From a virus, in IMG/VR virus record IMGVR_UViG_3300045996_002966, positions 7,960 through 71,959 of that record: 64,000 nucleotides of DNA. One strand, written 5' to 3'. The position numbers and the translations under genes were made by a program. The notes beneath the pieces are model-generated. The model saw nothing but the letters and a program-made list of their open reading frames with translations. It was not told the DNA's origin and ran no database searches. Shown here in pieces: positions 15,831 through 24,196 of this stretch (within the stretch, counting starts at the first letter, position 1; each line of letters starts with the position of its first letter).

Positions 15831-18527
15831 TTAAATTTCCTCCATCATAATTTCATTCACGGAAACATCCGCGCTTCTCGCGTAAACGGTATACGTAGCA
15901 GCCATCCTGCGAACCTCGCCCACGTCAGCGCTGCGGGCAAGCACGCTCCACCGGGCCTGGTAGGTCTGGTCGGTACTTTCGCTCTCGGCGTCCGTGACCC
16001 CCTGGGCTGCGCAAGCGCCATGGCTCGACCCCAACCCCTGGGAGACCGCACGTAGGAAGGCGACCACATCTGCCCAGCCCTCCGCTGTGCCGACCGCCCA
16101 GGCGTCCGCCGTGCTGTCGCTGCTGGCGGTAGCCACCCCCGCCGCCGCTCCGGTCGCCGTCGCGTCGCTTGCCCCGGCCGCGGGCGCAGTGCCCAGCCCG
16201 TCCGAGGTGCCTACCACGTAGCGCACAGCCACATAAGCGCCCACCGCGGCGACGGTGCTGGTCCCGGCGCTCGTCGCTCCGGCGCCCAGGATCCCAAGCC
16301 CCACAGCCGCGGCGGTGCCGGTACCCGCGCTCGAGCCCGCGGCGGTGCGGACCTCGGTGGCGTTGCCGACGCCGCTCGCGAGAGCACTGCCGGCGATGGA
16401 GGGCGCACGCAGGGCCCAGGAGGCCCCTACGGCGCTCGCTTGACCCTGCCCAGCTCCTACCCCAGCCGCGAAGCGTATGGCGGCGTAGGCCCCCGTTCCG
16501 AGGGCTAGGGCAGCCCCTGCCGCGGTCCCGGTCGCCGCAGCCGCTCCTCGTCCAACCCCGGTCGCCGTAGCCAGGCCCGCCGAGACCCCGATGCCGTGAC
16601 CGGAGCCCGTCCCGCTGGCCACCGCGGTCGAGGTGCCGGTGCTTGTGCCGACGGCAAGCGCCGTGCTGGTGCTGATCGCGGCCGCGGTAGCCATCCCGCT
16701 CGAGGTGCCCACCGCCAGGCCCGAGCCCGCCGCCAGCGCGCTCACGGTGGCGAGACCGGCTGAGCTGCCGACCGTGGGCTTCAAGGCGCGCCCGACCCCG
16801 CTCACGGTTGCTACCCCGGCAGCGCTCAGGCCGACCCCGGTGCGGGTAGCGATGTAAGCACCCACCGCATCGGTAAAGCCAGCCAGACCACCGGCTACCC
16901 CCACCGCTGGGATGCGCGCGCCTCCTATCCCCGCGGCCGCACCTACCCCCGCCGAGCTGCCGGCTGCGGTTCGGACGTCGACGAAGGAGCTAACCGCGGT
17001 TGCCGTCCCGACGCCGCTGGCGGTACCTACCCCGGCCGCCGCGCCTCGTCCTACGGCCGCCACCGAGCCCACGCCGGTGGAAGACCCCGCGCTTTCCATC
17101 ACCGCGGTGCCGACCGCGGCCGCGGTGGCCACGCCCGCGCTGCTCCCAGCCGCCAGGTAGTCGTTGATCGAGGTTCCGCCAGCCGAAGCAGCGCCCACGC
17201 CCGTGGAAGTACCTACGCTGGCCGCAACCCTATGGCCGACGGCGGTGCTCGTGGGCACGGACCCGGCTGAGGATCCTACGCAAGGGATCACCGCGTTACC
17301 GGTACCCAACGGCAGCGCGGCACCGGCCGAACTGCCTACCGACTCATAGATGACTCCGATGCCGCCTTCGTGGTAGTCTGCGTCGGTTCCTACCGCGTTA
17401 GCCGTGCCTGCGCCCGCCGAAGCTCCGACCCCGGCCGCGGCACCTCGACCTACAGCCGTCGCCGCACCTACCCCGGCCGAGGCTCCGGCACCATCGGCGA
17501 AGCTGGCGCTTGCCGGAGGTCGCAGCGCAATGGTCAACGAGGCGTTGATGCTTGACGTAACCGTCGCCGTCGTTGCCGATACCACGCCGGCCGTGGTTTT
17601 GATCCCGCAGGCGACGCCGAAGCCTCCGCCGTTACCCTGCGCAGTGCCTAGATCGTCAACCTCGGTGATCGACGCCAGGCTAGCATTCGTCCAACCAGAG
17701 AAGGCAGCCGACGCGCTATCGTTATCGCGCGCGATGATATTGACGATCAGACAATTATCAACCGTGGTCGTCAAGCCAGGCGCTGACGCCGACGTGCTCG
17801 CGCTAGCCTTCTGCGCGACTGCGGTTACGTCCCACGGGTTACCGCTCGCGATGCAATTCCGGAATGTGATTATCCTCGCATATACGTGGTTACCCGGATC
17901 GGCCACCGTCGGGGTAGCCATGGACGTAGACGTAGCGCGACACCAGAACGCGGTAATCCGTGTGCCGTTTGTTGTTGTACCAGTTGCCGAAGGGCTATTG
18001 TCAACCGCGACGAATCCAGCTGCGGTGCTCAGGGTCGCCGCTTCACCCCCGCAGGATTCAACCAGAAGCAACCCGATATCACCGACCGCGTGAGTGGGCC
18101 ACGTCGGCGAGACCGCGCCGGTACCTTCTTGCAGCGCCCCGTTCGCTACCCAACGCGGATCAATTATCTCTTTGATCGACGCACTGGTAATACTGCCGAC
18201 AAAGGAGTTGCCCCAAATATAGATTTCAGTATTGGTCGCCGTGAAGTCAAACGTCGACGTTCCAATACTCGAGCGCGTAGCGGCGTGGGTGCCTGGGGAC
18301 GTCCCGTCGTAGACTGTGGACACGGACCCGGACGTGTAGGCTGAAACCTCAACTGATCCACGGTACGGCGCGCCCGCGACCAGCCCGCTCGGGACGAAGA
18401 TAAATTTATCACCGCCACCGGTGCAGGTCGCTACACCGCTTCCGACACTCCACCCAGCATCGAGCGTTAAGCCCGTTGACGAGTCAAAGGTCGGCTGCGG
18501 GAATAATTCCGGGCCGAGCAGAGGCAT
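15831..18527 (-). CDS. Gly/Ala/Ser/Thr-repeat fibre-like virion protein with N-terminal beta-sandwich domains
   Basis: About 20-aa repeats G.SAG...A.AVG over roughly 500 aa. Confidence 0.75.
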   Translation of the reverse strand: MPLLGPELFPQPTFDSSTGLTLDAGWSVGSGVATCTGGGDKFIFVPSGLVAGAPYRGSVEVSAYTSGSVSTVYDGTSPGTHAATRSSIGTSTFDFTATNTEIYIWGNSFVGSITSASIKEIIDPRWVANGALQEGTGAVSPTWPTHAVGDIGLLLVESCGGEAATLSTAAGFVAVDNSPSATGTTTNGTRITAFWCRATSTSMATPTVADPGNHVYARIITFRNCIASGNPWDVTAVAQKASASTSASAPGLTTTVDNCLIVNIIARDNDSASAAFSGWTNASLASITEVDDLGTAQGNGGGFGVACGIKTTAGVVSATTATVTSSINASLTIALRPPASASFADGAGASAGVGAATAVGRGAAAGVGASAGAGTANAVGTDADYHEGGIGVIYESVGSSAGAALPLGTGNAVIPCVGSSAGSVPTSTAVGHRVAASVGTSTGVGAASAGGTSINDYLAAGSSAGVATAAAVGTAVMESAGSSTGVGSVAAVGRGAAAGVGTASGVGTATAVSSFVDVRTAAGSSAGVGAAAGIGGARIPAVGVAGGLAGFTDAVGAYIATRTGVGLSAAGVATVSGVGRALKPTVGSSAGLATVSALAAGSGLAVGTSSGMATAAAISTSTALAVGTSTGTSTAVASGTGSGHGIGVSAGLATATGVGRGAAAATGTAAGAALALGTGAYAAIRFAAGVGAGQGQASAVGASWALRAPSIAGSALASGVGNATEVRTAAGSSAGTGTAAAVGLGILGAGATSAGTSTVAAVGAYVAVRYVVGTSDGLGTAPAAGASDATATGAAAGVATASSDSTADAWAVGTAEGWADVVAFLRAVSQGLGSSHGACAAQGVTDAESESTDQTYQARWSVLARSADVGEVRRMAATYTVYARSADVSVNEIMMEEI

Positions 18528-18533
18528 GATTTT

Positions 18534-20183
18534 TTACGCGATGGTGTACGCGTGCTGCCAGCAGGTAATATTTGCATCACTCGACGGGTTCGTATAGACG
18601 CGGTGCCGCCAGCCTCCAGACACGAACCACTGCGCCTTAAAGTGCTGCGTATCCGCCATCAAGTTCACGAAGTTGTAGGGCGACTGCCGGCCATCGCGTT
18701 TATCAAAGAACCGAACCTGGGCAGATCCCGCGGGCGTAAATTCCACGAATGTCTCTGAGCTGATCGTAACGGGCGAGCTAAACGTGACGCTGTAGTAGAA
18801 GCGCTTCGGAATAGTGCCGTCGGCAAGCACGCCTGAGTTAGCCGAACCTTCTGAAAACGAGCCGGTAGCCAACGTGGTCCCACCGCTATTCTTCACGGCG
18901 ACGTTAACGGTTCCAGCCACGTCGAAGGCGCAGGAAACCCGGCAGCCGATCAACGTCCAAGAGGTCGGAGGGGTGATTACATCACGGATAGGTGCGCTCG
19001 AGGTAGCCAGCGTAGCGGTCAGGTGCTGAGCTGCGTCGAAGTTCATCAGCCCGAAGGAGGTACCGTTGGTGAAATTCAATTGGAAGTTCGGCATAATCCG
19101 ATAGGGTGACGCAACGTTCATATGGTCGAACGTCCACGCACCGGTCGAACCCTGCTGCCGCCACGCCTGCCATACAGTCCAATCCGAATCGAGCAAATAC
19201 GGAGTGCCGTCGGATGAGTTCGTCATGTGCTGACCATAGCAGTCTACGTTGCTATAGCCGAAGGTCGTATCCTCCGCCCGGCTCAAGAATTCCAAGTGGT
19301 AGAGAGTACCCGCCACTATATTCCCGTTGACAGTACCGAACGTGTGAGCGTTGAAGCGGTCATCAGGATTGGCGAATACGCCGCTGCTCATGTTCAGGGA
19401 AAAATCAGCCTGCGCGATCGGAGACCCGCTCATGTTCCGATTACCGCTGCCGTCATCGGGCCAGATATTGCAACGAGGCAATCCACCGTTGCCGCCCGAG
19501 TACCCCGCACCATCCGCCATCCAGAGCTTAATCGAGGACGGGGTACCAGACTTACCCGCGCGAAAACGGATGTAGCACCGGTAGTTGTAGCCGTCGCTGT
19601 TGCGTCCGAAGTTAACGTTAGACAACGTGTCCATCGGGAAGACGCCACCGCCCTTCATGCGGGAGAATTCCGTACTTGTCAAGCCATAGTTGCCCGGCGG
19701 GAGGATCGACAGGGTACCTTGGTTGAGGGTACCGTTAACGCCTATCGTGAACGACTCGCTAACCTGACTGCTACCGGCGTTGACGATTGCCCTAATCCAA
19801 AGTCCGCGGGCGTGCCCAGCGGCGAAATTTCCGCCTGAGATTCCTGAGGCCTCAGAGCTAGGGCTGCTGAAAGTTACGCCAGGCGGTGCGGTAGTCTCAT
19901 TGGCGATAGCGTTTTCCGTCAGGTTCACACCCACGGCGCTCCAACCAATAGCGATAGACGTTGTGCTTGAAGGCGTGTCAGCTTGAATCCACGCCTTTAA
20001 GGCATCGCGGGCATCCGAAGGCTGGACGTAAACGCACCGGTAGCACGTGTGCCCAGCAGTAAACTGCGAGCTAGTCAAGCTGAATAACTCCAAGGGTGCG
20101 AGCACACTTGATTTTTGCCCACCCAGCGACGCCGCCGCAGAGCTGTTAGATGCGCCACCAGAGAGGAATAGAGAAGTCGGCAT
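18534..20183 (-). CDS. Virion accessory / receptor-binding-like protein
   Basis: N-terminal ~150 aa paralogous to 20199..22952; G/S/T/N-rich beta composition. Confidence 0.7.
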   Translation of the reverse strand: MPTSLFLSGGASNSSAAASLGGQKSSVLAPLELFSLTSSQFTAGHTCYRCVYVQPSDARDALKAWIQADTPSSTTSIAIGWSAVGVNLTENAIANETTAPPGVTFSSPSSEASGISGGNFAAGHARGLWIRAIVNAGSSQVSESFTIGVNGTLNQGTLSILPPGNYGLTSTEFSRMKGGGVFPMDTLSNVNFGRNSDGYNYRCYIRFRAGKSGTPSSIKLWMADGAGYSGGNGGLPRCNIWPDDGSGNRNMSGSPIAQADFSLNMSSGVFANPDDRFNAHTFGTVNGNIVAGTLYHLEFLSRAEDTTFGYSNVDCYGQHMTNSSDGTPYLLDSDWTVWQAWRQQGSTGAWTFDHMNVASPYRIMPNFQLNFTNGTSFGLMNFDAAQHLTATLATSSAPIRDVITPPTSWTLIGCRVSCAFDVAGTVNVAVKNSGGTTLATGSFSEGSANSGVLADGTIPKRFYYSVTFSSPVTISSETFVEFTPAGSAQVRFFDKRDGRQSPYNFVNLMADTQHFKAQWFVSGGWRHRVYTNPSSDANITCWQHAYTIA

Positions 20184-20198
20184 GATGAAATTTCCTTT

Positions 20199-22952
20199 TC
20201 AGACTACCCCAGCTTGCCAGGCATCGACTGGAGGCTTATCCCAAAACTTAAGACCAGAGAATAGAACTTCCGCCGGCGCGTCGTTCACAAAGCTAGAGTT
20301 AATCGCCGGCGCGCAATAATTCTGGGTGAACATTGGGAAGTTAGCGATATTGTTGCTCGCCCCCATCAAGTTCATACCGGCTACGTTGAGAATATCCTGA
20401 CCATCCACAGCGGTGCGGAAGATTCCGGCAGGTCGATTCATATAGACCTCGATCCGATGCCAGCCTGCTGCGTTTGATTGAGTTGCGAGGACGACGTTCA
20501 CCGTACTGTTGCTGCCTGAATAGATATGGTTCGCGTTGGTCAATATATCGGTATGGGAAACCCAGATCAGCTTGCTTCCGTTGTACTGGAGTTGGATGCG
20601 CAGCCGATAGTCAGGCTCGCACTTGCACTCCCAGAAGATATGGTAGAAGTTGGTCGAACCGACCCGCTGCGCTCGAGCAAGAGTCCGCTCGTCGAACTTA
20701 ACCCACATTCGCTGGTAGAAGATCGGCTCACTTCGGGTCGACCCCGCCAAGCCCTGCGTCTGGTATTCCGTGAGACGCAGCTGCTCGACGCCGGTACCAG
20801 GAGAGTCCGCTTTGATCGAGTGGCTCATAACCCGCAGCAAGGAGCCGCCGCGCCCCATCACATTCTTGAAAGTCGTCTCAGCGTAGAAGGCTGACGGGTT
20901 CGGCAGCGAGTTACCGGTGATAGCCAGCTCCCACCACTGATAGATACTGTTGCGCGAGAACAACGGGTTGTTGAAAGCGCCGCCGCGTATATAGCGGTCC
21001 TGGTTATTGTTCCCACTCGTCGCGGTAATCGTCGTATTAGCCCACTCCTGGGAATCAAAGATTACTACCGCGTCGTTTGCCGGCGGAGGTGCAGGCGGCG
21101 GGGTTGGTACCGGTGTAGTTGAGCCTGGCGTAGCACCGAACTTTCCGTTGGTGATATCCGTGGCAAACGTCGCCGTCGCGAGGTCGGTCCGGGTAAACCG
21201 CATCCGCCCGTCGGTTAGGAGAACGATACGGCCGATCGGCGCCGCCTTCATCCAGTCCGTATAATTCGTCCACCAGAGGCGAGCCTGATCTCCCGTCGAA
21301 CTATTGTTGTTGAAGTAACTAAACTGGCCGCCGGTAGAGCCCCACTCAAATAGGTTCTGACTCACGACGCCGGCAGCGATGCAAGCTCCTTGACGTCGAA
21401 CCATGTTGTCGACGGTTTGGATCCAGGAGCTATTCTGCATGTTCGTGCCGTCGGGGAACAGCTTATTGGCCGTCTGCATCCACTCCGTAGCGATGATGGG
21501 CCCATTCCACCCAACCTGGGTTGACAACTCTGACTTCAGCGATTGAATAAAGGAGAAGCCACCATCGACCGGGTTAAACCAGCCGCTAGTGTAGTGATAC
21601 TCATGGAAGGTAACCGCGTCAATCCAGTCCTTCATGAACGTACCGATGCCACTGCCGAATCCGACGTTGGGGCCGGCCGCGGAAGCATTTAGCACGTGAA
21701 CGATATCTAGGCGACGGAACGAATCAAGGCTCATCGCCTCCGGGCCCCATAGTTGAATATCAGGCCAGGCGCTGTTCATGATGCACTGCTTAATGATCCT
21801 CGCGTATTGAGCGTAGAGGGTTGCGCTCCTCGAGGGCCAGCCGGCGCTCGTGGCTTCGTTCGGGTTATTTCCCGGCGAGGTCGAGAACAGCGGTTCGTTG
21901 GCGAGCAGGCAGACCTTGCACCGCCCCGCGTTGTTCGTCAGCCACTCCTGGAACTTCACCCGTACGTTGTCCCACTGCGTCTGGGTCAGGGAGGTAGCCG
22001 TACCGTGGATATTCATGTAGCACTGGAACCAGACCGTAGCACCGCGGCTAGCTTCGCCGTTCACCCACAGGTCATAGTCCGAGTAGGGCGCCGCGCCCGT
22101 GGCGAGATAGGTGAGCTCCTTCGCTTGATTCCGATGCGCGGTACCATAAGCGCAATAGCGATCGGCGCCGTACGTGTTTGCCGGTGGGGGAAGTGAATTG
22201 ACGTTATAAGGGGCTTCCCAGTTGCTGACGGTATAAAACTGCTTCGTGAGCTGACGCGTACCACTAAAGAGCACCGTCGCCTCGTCCGGTCCTGGAGGCA
22301 CAACCGCACCTGACTCGATCGGATCGAAAGCGATCACGAAATTCTCAGATGGGATTACCGTCGTACCCGCCGCGATCGAGTATCTCACCCACAATCCCCG
22401 AGCCTGGTTCGCCGCCAGCGGACCGGAATCAGGCGCGGTCGTTAACCCTGTCGCGTCAGAGAAGGTTACGCCAAACGGCGGGGTCGTTTCATTGACTACC
22501 GCAGCCTCGGTTTGCCCAGCTCCCGCAACTGCCCACCCCAGCGAAACGGTCGTGCTAAGGCTCGGGGTCTCGGTATGCTTAAAGGCCTTCATACTCGTCA
22601 CAGCCAGGTTAGGCTGGACGTAGATCAGACGATAACGAACCGAGCCCGAAGTAAACGCCGAGGCAGGAACATCACCGAACAGCTTTGCCGGTACCGGCGT
22701 AGATGATTTAACCCCGCCAATGGAATTAGCCTGATCCACATTGGAGGCGCCACCCGAAAGAAACATTGAAAGTATCATGGTATTAACAGGTGGCGGTGGT
22801 GACGCTGCCGCTTGAATTTGAAAGGTGAAGAGAGGCAGCGATTCAGCAATAGCGAAGGTGAAGAATTCCTGGGTTGCAGGAGGGACGGAAACGAGGAAGG
22901 TAAAGGTGTCGAGGGGCGCAGGTGCAGCCAAGCTAAAGGTAAAGGAATCCAC
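20199..22952 (-). CDS. Multidomain virion protein with a clan GH-A glycoside hydrolase-like domain and a C-terminal jelly-roll domain
   Basis: LANEP, LWGP, DAVTFHEYH and PIIATEW in TIM-barrel order; GGAGGGGG RBS with GTG start. Confidence 0.7.
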   Translation of the reverse strand: MDSFTFSLAAPAPLDTFTFLVSVPPATQEFFTFAIAESLPLFTFQIQAAASPPPPVNTMILSMFLSGGASNVDQANSIGGVKSSTPVPAKLFGDVPASAFTSGSVRYRLIYVQPNLAVTSMKAFKHTETPSLSTTVSLGWAVAGAGQTEAAVVNETTPPFGVTFSDATGLTTAPDSGPLAANQARGLWVRYSIAAGTTVIPSENFVIAFDPIESGAVVPPGPDEATVLFSGTRQLTKQFYTVSNWEAPYNVNSLPPPANTYGADRYCAYGTAHRNQAKELTYLATGAAPYSDYDLWVNGEASRGATVWFQCYMNIHGTATSLTQTQWDNVRVKFQEWLTNNAGRCKVCLLANEPLFSTSPGNNPNEATSAGWPSRSATLYAQYARIIKQCIMNSAWPDIQLWGPEAMSLDSFRRLDIVHVLNASAAGPNVGFGSGIGTFMKDWIDAVTFHEYHYTSGWFNPVDGGFSFIQSLKSELSTQVGWNGPIIATEWMQTANKLFPDGTNMQNSSWIQTVDNMVRRQGACIAAGVVSQNLFEWGSTGGQFSYFNNNSSTGDQARLWWTNYTDWMKAAPIGRIVLLTDGRMRFTRTDLATATFATDITNGKFGATPGSTTPVPTPPPAPPPANDAVVIFDSQEWANTTITATSGNNNQDRYIRGGAFNNPLFSRNSIYQWWELAITGNSLPNPSAFYAETTFKNVMGRGGSLLRVMSHSIKADSPGTGVEQLRLTEYQTQGLAGSTRSEPIFYQRMWVKFDERTLARAQRVGSTNFYHIFWECKCEPDYRLRIQLQYNGSKLIWVSHTDILTNANHIYSGSNSTVNVVLATQSNAAGWHRIEVYMNRPAGIFRTAVDGQDILNVAGMNLMGASNNIANFPMFTQNYCAPAINSSFVNDAPAEVLFSGLKFWDKPPVDAWQAGVV

Positions 22953-22981
22953 CAGCCCCCTCCGTTAAGTTGATGTAGCTC

Positions 22982-23410
22982 TCAATCCTCGGTGATCGCC
23001 GTCGCGGTCGTCAGACGCGGCGTGATACCATTGCCGCAGACGATCGTCGGGCTGATAGCCCCCTTGTAGAGAATTTTGCCCGCGCCGGAAGACGCCGTAC
23101 CGACCGACCAGTGAGTAGCGGTGCCCGAGCCGCCGGTACCTGCCGGGAAGGTGATATCGGCAACTGGGCTGACTGAGTTACCGGTCACAGTCCACCCGCC
23201 TGTCGTTCGGGCCACCGCAACCCTGGCGTAGCTGGTATAGGCGATCTCACTCGTCGTCTGGCTACCCGAGTCGCCAGGGTCGGCCGTGTGAAGGGCGACC
23301 TGTAGGTTGGTAAGCGGCGAAGACGCCGCGTTATCCGCCATGTTCGCAATGGCGGTAGCGTTGAAGATCAGCTTGAGAAGATCGTTCTCAAAGGTATCAC
23401 CCTTGCTCAT
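22982..23410 (-). CDS. Conserved small fibre/decoration protein (ALHTADPG...YARVAV family)
   Basis: Characteristic motifs FENDLLKLIFN, VALHTADP and ITFP. Confidence 0.8.
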   Translation of the reverse strand: MSKGDTFENDLLKLIFNATAIANMADNAASSPLTNLQVALHTADPGDSGSQTTSEIAYTSYARVAVARTTGGWTVTGNSVSPVADITFPAGTGGSGTATHWSVGTASSGAGKILYKGAISPTIVCGNGITPRLTTATAITED

Positions 23411-23441
23411 GATTTACTCCGAAGATAAAGGGATGTTGGAA

Positions 23442-24125
23442 TTACTTGTTCGGCAAATCTGCCGAACCCGTGACGGTTACCACTAGCTTATGTAATGAAT
23501 CGGGGGCTGGTGCCGGTGGTGGAAGATTCGCAGCCCCTCCTTGTGGGTTCTTAGGCGGATAGCTTGTTGCCCATTGGTATTCCTTGACGTCCTTCGCAAT
23601 CATGTTCTTAAGCATCGAACGCAGCACACCCTCGTCCATGGTATCTGCGCCAAGGCTCATCAGGTTAGTCGTCCAGATTTGAATCGCACGGGCCGGGTCG
23701 CGGGTCTCCTCCGGCGTGGCGCTTCCGTTCGCGCCGCCCGGCACGAAGGAGGTCTGCTTGGCAAATTCCTCGAGGAGGATTGCCGTTACCTGCTCTCGCG
23801 AGCGGACCTGTGGCGCAGGCGCGGGAGCCGGGACCGGCGTAGGGGCTGGCTGGGGCGCGGGAACGGGGGTAGGAGCCGGCTGAGGCGTCGGCGAGGGTAC
23901 TGGTACCGGCGCGGGCGTTGGAGCTGGCTGAGGGGCTGGTTGGGGCGCTGGCGGGGGCTTCGGCGTCGGGGTGGGCGCCGGGACAGGCTTCGGCTTGCGC
24001 TTTAGGAGCGCGTTCACCTTCGTCAGTAGATCCTTGGCGACCTTTCCTTGCGCAATGGCGTTTGTGTACAACTTTTCCAGGGTCGCTTTGATTTTCATCA
24101 GTTCTTCCTTGTCCTGATCGTCCAC
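23442..24125 (-). CDS. Pro-rich linker protein (coiled coil, PAP repeats, small domain)
   Basis: About 60-aa PAP(Q/T/V) low-complexity tract. Confidence 0.7.
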   Translation of the reverse strand: MDDQDKEELMKIKATLEKLYTNAIAQGKVAKDLLTKVNALLKRKPKPVPAPTPTPKPPPAPQPAPQPAPTPAPVPVPSPTPQPAPTPVPAPQPAPTPVPAPAPAPQVRSREQVTAILLEEFAKQTSFVPGGANGSATPEETRDPARAIQIWTTNLMSLGADTMDEGVLRSMLKNMIAKDVKEYQWATSYPPKNPQGGAANLPPPAPAPDSLHKLVVTVTGSADLPNK

Positions 24126-24196
24126 TTTTGTGCTCTCTCGAGAGTAAAGGGTGCGGCACGTTTAAGGGAGGTTGCCTATTAAACCACACAACCTGA

